The notes under the pieces were generated by a model that worked only from the letters and a program-made list of their open reading frames with translations, had not been told where the DNA came from and made no database searches. DNA of 64,000 bases from Candidatus Latescibacterota bacterium (GTDB taxonomy: Bacteria > Latescibacterota > UBA2968 > UBA8231): assembly GCA_965243025.1 (NCBI GenBank), contig CBDETY010000003.1:1760001-1824000 (forward strand). Direction: 5' to 3'. Positions 47,876 to 57,777 of the stretch are shown here, piece by piece. Both the position numbers and the translations under genes were made by a program. How positions within the stretch are numbered: the first letter of the stretch is position 1; every line of letters begins with the position of its first letter.

Positions 47876-50188
47876 TCAGTTTCTCAATGGTTTGCCGGTC
47901 TTCAGCATGTGCCGCATGCGTTCCCTCGTTGCCGCCATGCCGCAAAGCTCGAGAAAGGTCTCGCGCTCCAGGTCGAGGAAATCCTGTTCGCGGGCTCCCG
48001 CCGGAGACAGCCCGCGCCCGCAGAGTACGCCGGCAAGGCGCACCCCTACCTCGTAGTCGTGCCGGGTGATTTTTTCTGCATCGCGATCAGCGGCCAGGAC
48101 CTGCTGCAGGCGGTCGGCTTCCGGGTCACCGGCGGTTTCGACCGCCTTTTCGACGGGCGGCCGGTACCCGGAGGCGAGGTCCGAGCCGAGGCGGAGAGCT
48201 TCGGCGACAATTCCGCGGTCGTTCATGCGCAACCTGTCTTCCGCTTGAACGAGCCCCCATTGCCTGCCCTGGTGAGCATTGTCGCTGAAGCGCCCGGAAG
48301 AAACAGTTCGGAAGGCGCGATCGATGGTTCCGCCGGAACTCCGACGCGCCATCTCCTTGCAGCCGCCGGCCCCCGGTATGAGACCGACCGCTGTCTCCAC
48401 CAGTCCAATGCGAAGCTCGGCGGCAAGCACCCGGGCGGCGGCGGCCAAACAGAACTCGCAACCACCTCCCAGAGTCAGGCCGCGGGCGGCGGCGATCACG
48501 GGGAAAGGAGCGAAGCGCACCGCCATGCAGGCCTGCTGAAAATTGGCTACGTAGCTTTCCAGCCTGTCCCACCTGCCCGACTCGCTCAACTCGACTATAT
48601 AGGAAAGGTCCGCTCCGGCGGAAAAGTTGCCGCCGTCGCCGTACAGGACGAGGCACTCCAGGTCCGCCCCCGCGACAGTGCGCTCGACGAGGCCCAGCGA
48701 CTGGTTTCCGATCACGTTCAGCTTGCCCGAAAAAACCAGGACACCCGCTTCGCCCAACCGCACCAGGCGGGCGTTCTCCGCTGCATCGGCAATACCTCCG
48801 GATGCAAGCAGGTCCGCATCGCTCGGTTCGGAACCCGGAGCGGCGGCATGCCTGCTTTCGGAGAATGAAAACGCCCGCTTTCCACTGCCCTGGTTTGTGT
48901 AGAACGCCCCGGCGGAAGACCGCGAGATATCCTTCAGCAGCGGGGGTACTGAGCGAGCGCGCTTCCGAAGTTGAGCCTCAAGCCTGTCCGCCCCGATCAT
49001 GTCCGCGACTTCGAAGGGTCCGGCTTCCCAGTTGAACCCCCACCGCATGGCGCGGTCGATCCGGTCGACGCCTGAAGCCATTTCTGAGCCGTTCTCCGCT
49101 GCGTAGGCCACGACCTCGGCGAGGTGGCCGCAGGCAAATTCGGCCAGCCTTCCACTGCTGTTCATCAACCCTTCGAGGCGGTCTCGAAACCCGCGGCGGG
49201 AGGCGACCTCTCCCATCTCGCCTCCGAGGTCTGCCTTACGTCGGGGCCGGTACTGCATACTGCCGGGATCGAGGACTTCGATTTCACCAGCCGGACCCTT
49301 TCGGTAAAACCCGCCCCCGGTCTTTTCGCCGAGGAATCCCCCGGCGACCATCGAAGTCACCAATCCCGGTAACGCGAAAGTTTCCCGCCCGCGGTCGCCG
49401 GGAAGGTTGTCGTAGGCTGTCGAGGCGACATCGGCGAGCACGTCGAGCCCGATGATATCGGAGAGTCTCAGAGTCGCGCTGCGCGGCCTTCCGATCAGCA
49501 CACCGGTCACGGCATCGACCTCTTCGGCGACCAGATCCGACCGCTGCATACGGTGCAGGCAGTCCATGAGCGCAAAGACGCCGACCCGGTTGGCGATGAA
49601 GTTGGGTGTATCGCGGCACTCGACCACTCCCTTTCCGAACTCCTGTTCCAGGAAACGCGTCATCCCCGACAGGACCTGACCCCCGGTATGGGCGCAGGGA
49701 ACCACTTCGACCAACTTCATGTAGCGAGGCGGATTGAAGAAGTGGACCCCCATGAACATGCGCCGGAAAACTTCCGAGCGGTCTGTTGACATCCCGTTGA
49801 CCGACAGCCCGGAGGTATTGGTGCTGATACACTGGATCGTCGAGGAACCGGCGACCGCATCGTCGACCCGGGCGAGCAACTCTCGCTTGGCGTCGAGGTC
49901 TTCGACAATGGCCTCGACGATCCAGTTAACGGTGCGCAAGGGCCGCAAGTCCTCAAGGGACCGGCAGCGGATGGATCTGGCGATCTCGCTGGAGAAAAAC
50001 GCCGGCGGCCGGCTGTTCAGGGCGTTGGCCAACCCCTCCTCGGCCAGCCGGGTGGGGTGACCGTCATCCGGAAGGTCGTAGAGGTCGACGCTGAGTCCCC
50101 CGTTGGCGAGCAGGGCCGCGATCCGCGATCCCATCACCCCGGACCCCAGAACGGCCACCTTCGTGATCGGCTCGCTCTCCGCCGCCAT
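47876..50188 (-). CDS. 3-hydroxyacyl-CoA dehydrogenase / enoyl-CoA hydratase fusion (FadN-like)
   Basis: GSGVMG, EAIVE, TNTSG, HFFNPPRYM, FSAGADL, LGGGCE, TGKPLRN. Confidence 0.92.
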   Translation of the reverse strand: MAAESEPITKVAVLGSGVMGSRIAALLANGGLSVDLYDLPDDGHPTRLAEEGLANALNSRPPAFFSSEIARSIRCRSLEDLRPLRTVNWIVEAIVEDLDAKRELLARVDDAVAGSSTIQCISTNTSGLSVNGMSTDRSEVFRRMFMGVHFFNPPRYMKLVEVVPCAHTGGQVLSGMTRFLEQEFGKGVVECRDTPNFIANRVGVFALMDCLHRMQRSDLVAEEVDAVTGVLIGRPRSATLRLSDIIGLDVLADVASTAYDNLPGDRGRETFALPGLVTSMVAGGFLGEKTGGGFYRKGPAGEIEVLDPGSMQYRPRRKADLGGEMGEVASRRGFRDRLEGLMNSSGRLAEFACGHLAEVVAYAAENGSEMASGVDRIDRAMRWGFNWEAGPFEVADMIGADRLEAQLRKRARSVPPLLKDISRSSAGAFYTNQGSGKRAFSFSESRHAAAPGSEPSDADLLASGGIADAAENARLVRLGEAGVLVFSGKLNVIGNQSLGLVERTVAGADLECLVLYGDGGNFSAGADLSYIVELSESGRWDRLESYVANFQQACMAVRFAPFPVIAAARGLTLGGGCEFCLAAAARVLAAELRIGLVETAVGLIPGAGGCKEMARRSSGGTIDRAFRTVSSGRFSDNAHQGRQWGLVQAEDRLRMNDRGIVAEALRLGSDLASGYRPPVEKAVETAGDPEADRLQQVLAADRDAEKITRHDYEVGVRLAGVLCGRGLSPAGAREQDFLDLERETFLELCGMAATRERMRHMLKTGKPLRN

Positions 50189-50411
50189 TTCCGCCTCGAA
50201 ATCAGTTTCCAAATTTCAAACCCTCCGCCAATTGCGACCGAATGCCCCGGGGGAGTCGGCCTCATCCGAGCGAAGGAAAGACCGGGATAAAGCGCCGTGC
50301 GTATTTCGGTCGCGCGTCCTGTTTCCGGCCTGGACCGCCGCCCTCACGGGAAAAGTCGAATGGGGGAACACGTAATCAGCCGGTCCGCAACGCCGGTATA
50401 CTGCACGCTCT

Positions 50412-50732
50412 TCAGTAGTTTGACTGCAGATCGCTTCGACCGAGACGTTTCTGCAACCGCACCCGCACCGTCCAGACCGCTAACGAGGTGATTGCCGCTC
50501 CGATCACCACGAAATACAACCCTTTACCCGCTATCTGGACGAAGGTTCCTGTCGAGACAGTCGTCATCGCAATGACGAGAAGGATGGAGGTCATTATGGT
50601 AACAGTGAGCCACTTGAGCGCTTTTTGGCACATGGCAATCAGGGCGGCACAGGCCTCGGAATCGATGGCGTCTGCCCGCGGTTTTCCCCGGAGTGCCCGG
50701 GGTTTTTCCGCCTTCTTTCCGTGTCTGGTCAT
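50412..50732 (-). CDS. Hypothetical two-TM membrane protein
   Basis: Two hydrophobic segments; starts just after the dxr stop. Confidence 0.55.
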   Translation of the reverse strand: MTRHGKKAEKPRALRGKPRADAIDSEACAALIAMCQKALKWLTVTIMTSILLVIAMTTVSTGTFVQIAGKGLYFVVIGAAITSLAVWTVRVRLQKRLGRSDLQSNY

Positions 50733-50736
50733 CGTT

Positions 50737-51945
50737 TCAGGTAATTTGTGTGGTGTCCCCGCGTCGGGCGCGCCGACCCACGAGTGCGGAAGCGTGCCGT
50801 CTGGCGTCGCCGTCGGCTTCGAGCACATCGGTCAGCGACGCCACATTCCCCTGAGCCAGAGGGCCTCCCGCCTGCTCGCAGACTTCGCGGTTGATCTCGT
50901 AAATATCGAGAAAGCCGATACGCCCTTCGAGAAAGGCGGCCACCGCGACTTCGTCGGCGGCGTTGAGGGCGGCCGGTGCGCAGCCGCCCGTCCTGCCGGC
51001 TTCGCAGCACAACCGCAAACAGGGAAATCCGGTCCAGTCGGGTTCCTCGAAGTGCAAGGCTCCAACGGCGATCAGGTCGAGAGCCTCGAGGGTCGCCGGT
51101 TGTCGACCCGGATGAGTCAATGCGTACTGGATCGGCAGCTTCATGTCGGTCTTGCCCAGATGGGCGAGCCATGACCCGTCTGCAAACTCCACCATCGAGT
51201 GGACGACCGATTCCCTGTGAACGATCACGTCGATTTGATCGATCTCCACGTCGAACAGCCATGAAGCTTCGATCACCTCGAAACCCTTGTTCATCAGGGT
51301 AGCGGAATCGACGGTGATTTTGCTGCCCATCTTCCACGTCGGATGAGCCAGGGCCTGCTGCGGGGTGACCTGAACCATCTGCTCCCGCGTCAGTCCGCGG
51401 AACGGTCCGCCCGATGCCGTCAGGACGATCCGCTTCAGGCTTTCCCTGGGTTCCCCGTGGAGACACTGCCATATGGCGCTGGGTTCGCTGTCAATGGGGA
51501 GGATCTCCCCTCCGTGAGCCCTTGCCGCATCGAGAATGATCCCCCCTGCCATGACCAGCGGTTCCTTGTTGGCCATGGCGACCTTCTTGCCTGCGCAGAC
51601 CGCGTCGAGAGTCGGAAGCAACCCCGCCGCACCCACCAGCCCGTTGACGACGACGTCGATCTCGTCGATGGCCGCAATCTCCCTGAGGCCGGCGACGCCC
51701 GAGAGCACGGCGATGCTCGACGGCAGGTTGTCCCGCACTCGGGTTTCGTCCGCCCCGTCGGCGACGCAGACGTAGCGGGGCCCCCAGGCGAGGGCCCGTT
51801 CAACAAGCTTTTCTACCCGGCGTCCGGCGCTCAGGGCAACGACTGGAAACCGGTCCCGTCCGAGGCTTTCGATGACGTCGAAAGTCGAATCCCCTATGGA
51901 TCCGGTGCATCCGAGGATGGCGACCGCGGTGGAATCCGGGCTCAT
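50737..51945 (-). CDS. dxr: 1-deoxy-D-xylulose 5-phosphate reductoisomerase
   Basis: ILGCTGSIG, ANKE, PIDSE, LTASGGPF, HPTWKMGSKITVDSATLMNKG. Start could extend to 52038. Confidence 0.96.
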   Translation of the reverse strand: MSPDSTAVAILGCTGSIGDSTFDVIESLGRDRFPVVALSAGRRVEKLVERALAWGPRYVCVADGADETRVRDNLPSSIAVLSGVAGLREIAAIDEIDVVVNGLVGAAGLLPTLDAVCAGKKVAMANKEPLVMAGGIILDAARAHGGEILPIDSEPSAIWQCLHGEPRESLKRIVLTASGGPFRGLTREQMVQVTPQQALAHPTWKMGSKITVDSATLMNKGFEVIEASWLFDVEIDQIDVIVHRESVVHSMVEFADGSWLAHLGKTDMKLPIQYALTHPGRQPATLEALDLIAVGALHFEEPDWTGFPCLRLCCEAGRTGGCAPAALNAADEVAVAAFLEGRIGFLDIYEINREVCEQAGGPLAQGNVASLTDVLEADGDARRHASALVGRRARRGDTTQIT

Positions 51946-51982
51946 CGCTGGCTGCGGTCCGTCCGACCCGTCTGGTAAACCG

Positions 51983-53671
51983 TCAACCGGAAACGCCGCC
52001 GCGCGCCCTTCGTTGCTGGAGACGGCGGTGGTTTCCATGGCGGTTGTTGTTGCGCTGGCCGCTCTTCGGCCGTTGGCGACCGGTGTAACGGACCGCCCGC
52101 GTCTCCCGGACCACCATCACCTTCACCTCCCCCGCGAAGGTAAGCTCGTTCTTGACCCGTTCGGCGATGTCGAACGCCAGGATCTCCGCATCGTCATCGC
52201 TGATTCGGTCACCGCGTACCATCACGCGGATCTCGCGGCCCGCGTTGATGGCGTACACATCCTTCACCCCGTCGAACGAGTTTGCTATCTCCTCGAGCTT
52301 CATGATACGGCGGGCATATCCCTCGAGGTCTTCCCGACGCCCCCCGGGACGGCTTGAGGAAATGGCGTCGGCGGCCTTCACCAGGAAACAGATCGGGTTG
52401 AGGCGCTCGTGGTCCTCGTGATGCTCGGCGATGACTTCCTTGACGACCGGATGCTCCCCATACCGTTCCGCCAGCTCCACACCGAGGTCGATGTGGGTTC
52501 CCTTCATGTCGTGGCTGACGGTCTTGCCGATATCGTGCAGCAGTCCGGCCCTGCGCGCCAACTCGACGTCAACCCCGATGTCACCCGCCATCAGTCCCGC
52601 AAGATGGGCAACCTCCAGGCAGTGCTGCAGCTGATTCTGGCCGTAGCTGCTGCGGTATTTCAGGCGCCCTACGGTACGGGGCAGTTCCGGATGGAAGTCG
52701 GCTGCTCCGATCTCCTTCAACGCGTGTTTGCCGGCATCCACCAATTCCGACTCGAGTTCCTTCCTGGCCGCTTCGACAACTTCATCGATTCTGTTTGGCG
52801 TGAACCCCCCGTCCTTTACCAGGCGCTCCATCGAGAGCGCCGCAACCTCCCTCTTGATCGGATCGAAGGAGGAAATCAGAACGGTATCGGGAGTATCGTC
52901 GACTACGACCTTGACACCGGTAGCGTTCTCGAAGGCCCTGACGTTACGCCCCTCTTTGCCGATGATGCGGCTCTTCAGCCCTTCGTTGGGTAAGGCTACA
53001 GTCGAAGTGGAAAAGTGTTCGGCCTCTTCCACGGCGCAGCGCTGAATCGCCTGCGCAATGATTTTTCGCGCTTCGCGGTCGGACTCCTCGCGCGCCCGGG
53101 CGCGTTCGGCGCGTATCATCGCCGCCGAACTCCCCTTCACTTCAACTGCCAGGTTTTCGAGGAGCTGCTCCTTGGCCTCGTCTGCCGTCATGTTGGCGGC
53201 CATCTCCAGCCGCTGCCGGTACTGATCGCGCTCCTGGTTCAGTTCGGCGGCGGCCTCCCTTACCGCCTTGTCACGGCCTGCGACCTTTCGTTGATCGGTA
53301 TTCAGACGGGCCCATTCCTTGCGCAGATCTTCGCCTTTGCCGGTCAGGTCGCGATCCTTTTCGGCGACCGCGCTCTCCCGTCTGCTGATGGCGAGGAGCT
53401 GGTTTTCCAGATCCTTTTCCTGCTCCGCCCTGGCCTTGTACCAGCTATCCTTCTCCTCCAGGATACTGATTCTCTGCGACCGCTCTTCCTCGGCGAGCCG
53501 GCGTGCCGCGCGTTTCTCGGCTTCTTCCTCCATGCGCGCCTGGCTGCTTTTCTTCAGAAAATGGAACACCCAGAAACCGACCCCCGCACCCAAAAGCAGG
53601 AGACCGGCACAGAAGAGCGCCGCAAGCCAGACATCCATACTCGGGATGAAAGACTGCGTCGTATCTACCAT
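51983..53671 (-). CDS. rny: Ribonuclease Y
   Basis: N-terminal TM segment, coiled coil, KH (RIIGKEGRN), HD (LLHDIGK), YAINAGREIRV. Confidence 0.95.
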   Translation of the reverse strand: MVDTTQSFIPSMDVWLAALFCAGLLLLGAGVGFWVFHFLKKSSQARMEEEAEKRAARRLAEEERSQRISILEEKDSWYKARAEQEKDLENQLLAISRRESAVAEKDRDLTGKGEDLRKEWARLNTDQRKVAGRDKAVREAAAELNQERDQYRQRLEMAANMTADEAKEQLLENLAVEVKGSSAAMIRAERARAREESDREARKIIAQAIQRCAVEEAEHFSTSTVALPNEGLKSRIIGKEGRNVRAFENATGVKVVVDDTPDTVLISSFDPIKREVAALSMERLVKDGGFTPNRIDEVVEAARKELESELVDAGKHALKEIGAADFHPELPRTVGRLKYRSSYGQNQLQHCLEVAHLAGLMAGDIGVDVELARRAGLLHDIGKTVSHDMKGTHIDLGVELAERYGEHPVVKEVIAEHHEDHERLNPICFLVKAADAISSSRPGGRREDLEGYARRIMKLEEIANSFDGVKDVYAINAGREIRVMVRGDRISDDDAEILAFDIAERVKNELTFAGEVKVMVVRETRAVRYTGRQRPKSGQRNNNRHGNHRRLQQRRARGGVSG

Positions 53672-53827
53672 GGCAATTCACCGTTGACATCCAGTTAGTC
53701 GGATTTGGTCCGTAGTCCTTCAGTGGGGATTGGCGCTTTTTGAAATGCCTCCAAATCCACCTTCGGGTGTACAGGGATCCTGTCTCCACGATACCGTTGA
53801 ACGCACGGCAGGCTTCTTTCGGGGCCT

Positions 53828-55231
53828 TCACTTGCAGACCTCCCGCGCCTTTTGCAGTGCGCCGGCGATCATCGCGCGGCGCTCCTCGCTTCTGAGCCAG
53901 CGTTCGCCCACATCCTCCGAAAGCTCGTGGATGGGATCGAAAAACAGGAACAGTTCCCCGGGCCGAACCACCGGACTGAGGAACACGGCAATTCCGAGTT
54001 CTTGGTCGTAGAATTCGTGAGAGTGGACGTGCCGCTTGCCGCCGCCGCCCATTGTGTCGACGACGAAATTCGGCATGTGAAACCCCGCAGTAACCCCGCG
54101 AATCTCCTTCTCCAGCCGCTGCGCGGCGGCCAGAGTGGTGCGCAACTCCTCTACTCCTTTCACCATATCGTGAAGGAAAACGTAGTACGGCTGTACATTG
54201 ACGTAACCCAGCCGGAGGACCAGGAGCTTCATGGTGTCCACCCCGTCGTTCACCCCTCTTTGCAGTACCGCCTGATTGCGAACGACGACACCCTCGCCGG
54301 TCAGCCGATCCAGAGCGGCTTTCGTCAACGCCGTAATCTCCCGGGGGTGGTTGAAGTGGGTGTGGAGCACTACCTGCTTGTTCTCGCGGCGCCCGCGTTC
54401 GACCACACTGCGCAAGGCAGCCACCCAGGGGTCATCGGTCAGCAGCTTCTGTGGCATGACCGCCGGCCCCTTGGTCGCATAGCGCAACCTGCGAATGTGA
54501 TCGATGTCGAGAAGCCGGTCGCCGATGAGCTTCAGGTGTTGCGGCTTGAGGTTGTAAGCGTCCCCACCGCTTATGACTATGTCCTCGAGCTCGGGATGCC
54601 TGGCGACGTATGAAAAAACCTCCTCCCAGCGCTCGACATTGACCCCGAAACGGGCCTTTTCCACCTCTTCCGTATCGAGCCCGATCGAATAGGACCGGGT
54701 GCAGAACCGGCAATAGACGGGACAGGTGTCCAGCGCCAGAAACAGTCCCCGGTCGCGGTAGCGATGGGTGAGACCGGGTACCGGTGAGTCGGCCTGTTCG
54801 TTCAGGGAGTCGAGGCTGAGCTCGGGATGGTCGGGGCGAACCCGAGAAGCCAGGGGAAGGAACTGTGTGCGCAGCGGATCGCCGTACGGCTCGCTCCAAT
54901 CGATGAGGCTGACGATGTAGGGCGAGATACGAACGCTCATCGTTGCATTGCGCACGCCCAACTCCGCGTCCCGGCAGAACTCGTCGGTTACGAGATCCCC
55001 GAGAACCTCGCGGAGCTTGCGGACCGAGGTGATCGAGTTGCGGCCTTGGAAACGGTGGTCGTTGAACTCCTCGGCGCTCAACCGCGAGTAGGCCGGGATT
55101 CGACGCCAGAAGTCGTCGTCGCGAAGCTGGCGGTGGTCGTTCGCCAAGTCGGAGCCGGGGGAGGTGAGAACCTCACCGGGCGACTTGCCGACAGCCGCTG
55201 CCCACGCCGCATCCTGGACGGGGGTAGTCAT
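53828..55231 (-). CDS. KamA-family radical SAM/PLP aminomutase
   Basis: HRYRDR, CPVYCRFC, ISGGD, HFNHPRE, NQAVL, GGGGK. Confidence 0.9.
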   Translation of the reverse strand: MTTPVQDAAWAAAVGKSPGEVLTSPGSDLANDHRQLRDDDFWRRIPAYSRLSAEEFNDHRFQGRNSITSVRKLREVLGDLVTDEFCRDAELGVRNATMSVRISPYIVSLIDWSEPYGDPLRTQFLPLASRVRPDHPELSLDSLNEQADSPVPGLTHRYRDRGLFLALDTCPVYCRFCTRSYSIGLDTEEVEKARFGVNVERWEEVFSYVARHPELEDIVISGGDAYNLKPQHLKLIGDRLLDIDHIRRLRYATKGPAVMPQKLLTDDPWVAALRSVVERGRRENKQVVLHTHFNHPREITALTKAALDRLTGEGVVVRNQAVLQRGVNDGVDTMKLLVLRLGYVNVQPYYVFLHDMVKGVEELRTTLAAAQRLEKEIRGVTAGFHMPNFVVDTMGGGGKRHVHSHEFYDQELGIAVFLSPVVRPGELFLFFDPIHELSEDVGERWLRSEERRAMIAGALQKAREVCK

Positions 55232-55555
55232 TTGATCCGGGGGATTGCCCGATGCGGACGGCCGTTGAAACAACGTACCCGCCCGCGTGGGGCCCGGGAG
55301 AGAGAGGGATCTTTTCCGTTGCGAGCCTGCGACTGCAGCCTCAAGTGGGGGAATCGGGCGAATCCCCTACGAGGTTCGGGTTGTTCCGGCTGTGCCTATT
55401 CTACCGGCGTCAACCCGGGAATCGGATAAATTGCGGGCTCCCTTGGGAGTTGCCCATGCGAATCACTCAGGCCGGCTGAACCGACTGGACATTCGTCGTC
55501 CGCCAGGCCGCCGCATGGGACGAGCGTCCGAACTGCCTCTCTCCCGCCGACTCCC

Positions 55556-56164
<609 letters not shown>

Positions 56165-56299
56165 GACATATCCTTTCGTGAAATTTGAGAATTGGGGTGT
56201 GTGCTGAAGAAGTGCGCCCCCGCGCGGTCCTTCCTGCCGGCAGCGCATGTGAGCTTGAGATAAGCATTTCCGGGAACCGGTGCGAGCCGGAGGTTTGCA

Positions 56300-56683
56300 T
56301 CAGTTCTCCGCGACCTGCCGCTTGGCGAGATCGGCCAGGACTGCCCGAATGGCGTCCTCGGCGAGTACGGAACAGTGAACTTTCATTGGAGGAAGCCCGC
56401 CCAAGGCTTCAACCACGTCCTGCTTGCTGATTCGGGAAATATCTTCGAGGGTGGCGCCCGTGACCATTTCGGTCAGGATCGAACCCGCGGCAATGGCCGC
56501 CGCGCATCCGAAGGTCTTGAAAGAGGCGCGCTCCGCGCGTCCGTCCGCAATCGAAAGGTACAGGTGAAGAACGTCGCCGCAGGCCGAATTTTCAGCAATC
56601 CCGACCGCGTCGGCGTTTTCAATGACTCCGGTGTTTCGCGGATTCCGGTAATGGTCAAGGACGGTATCGCTGTAACCGGACAT
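56300..56683 (-). CDS. iscU: IscU/NifU-type Fe-S scaffold protein
   Basis: DHYRNPRN, ACGD, FGCAAAIA, KVHCSVLA. Confidence 0.92.
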   Translation of the reverse strand: MSGYSDTVLDHYRNPRNTGVIENADAVGIAENSACGDVLHLYLSIADGRAERASFKTFGCAAAIAAGSILTEMVTGATLEDISRISKQDVVEALGGLPPMKVHCSVLAEDAIRAVLADLAKRQVAEN

Positions 56684-56745
56684 GGAATTACAAACCCTTG
56701 TAACTAGCTGATAATCAGTAGGTTCCGCTGTTTTTCAAGGGCGGG

Positions 56746-56774
56746 AATGTACTCGGCCCTCATGCGGATGTCAA
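56746..56774 (-). promoter_or_regulatory. sigma70-type promoter for iscU
   Basis: TTGACA-17bp-TACATT. Confidence 0.7.
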
Positions 56775-56789
56775 CCGCGGAGATACCTT

Positions 56790-57107
56790 TCAGGCCTCCA
56801 GGTCGAGAGCACCTGCCGACCCTTTGCTGTTCTGCCAGTAAGTCCGCGCCTGCTTTACCAGATCCCACATCATCGTTTCGCAAGCAACCGCGTCTATCAA
56901 TCGGAACATGCGCTCCCTCTTCTCCTCCCCGATCAGACCAAGTCCACCCATCATCGTCAGATGGTGAACGAGGCCGGTCTGCAGCAGGGTTCGGTTCATC
57001 TCCTCGAGGCCCAGTGCACTTTTTGTCTCGAACTCTTCCATCAATCCCTCATAAAGCTCGGCGAGTTCCTTCGACAAGGTAGCCTCGATCTCGATAACCA
57101 GGTCCAT
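56790..57107 (-). CDS. Hypothetical helical protein
   Basis: About 105-aa acidic ORF starting MDLVIEIE, with typical codon use. Confidence 0.65.
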   Translation of the reverse strand: MDLVIEIEATLSKELAELYEGLMEEFETKSALGLEEMNRTLLQTGLVHHLTMMGGLGLIGEEKRERMFRLIDAVACETMMWDLVKQARTYWQNSKGSAGALDLEA

Positions 57108-57260
57108 GGCAAGGGTCCTTTTTTTCGGATTTCGTTCCGGCAGGGTTGGACGGATCCGGGAGCTGCCGGGTTCCACCCCTTGGGTAACCCTGCCGAAACC
57201 GGATCTGTACTTCCCCCGGGCGTCGACGACCGCTTACTCGGCAAAAGCCGGGATGGTCGG

Positions 57261-57413
57261 TTACCGCTCTCTCGAAACAAGACGCCAGCCGAAATACAGA
57301 AGCGCAGCTGCCACGGCGATGGAGGCGGCTGCAACCAGGATGTCGAACAACATCCTCAGCGCAAAAAAGGCGCCGACAGCCAACATCAAGGCCCCCAGAA
57401 TCCTGACCAACAT
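57261..57413 (-). CDS. Small two-TM membrane protein (50 aa)
   Basis: Strong AGGAGG RBS; MLVRILGALML...FGWRLVSRER. Confidence 0.7.
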   Translation of the reverse strand: MLVRILGALMLAVGAFFALRMLFDILVAAASIAVAAALLYFGWRLVSRER

Positions 57414-57777
57414 CTGCTGTTCAACCTCCTCTTCCGGAGCGACCTGAAGCCAACCTGACCATCGGCCGGTCTCGCCCCGTGGCAACGGGATGGGAAAGTC
57501 GCTCCAAATCCCGGGCCGGGCAATCGAATCGGTCATCTCATTTGCAAAGCGCAACGGGCAAACGCAATCGGCCGCCAATGGCCCTGTCCCCCCACCGGCC
57601 TGTCCCGAAGAGGTCGGCCCGAACCGGTGACGCCCGCCTGTCTCCGGTTTGGGCCTGCTTCCACGCCCTCGGGTCCCGGCCGGCGGATGGGAGGACCTCG
57701 GCCGTCCGTTCTGGCAGGGCTTTCCGGGGCTCGTTATCATTGACCTTCCTGTCTTTCGGCACGGGAACCTCAGTCAT

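Noticed and set aside
53672-53827. 6S RNA upstream of rny
   Set aside because: I could not find end-to-end pairing or a central bubble, and there is no zapA context.
57414-57777. Riboswitch upstream of the sodium:solute symporter
   Set aside because: GGGCAAAC resembles the c-di-GMP-I start, but the rest of that motif is absent, and I saw no TPP, glycine or SAM cores.
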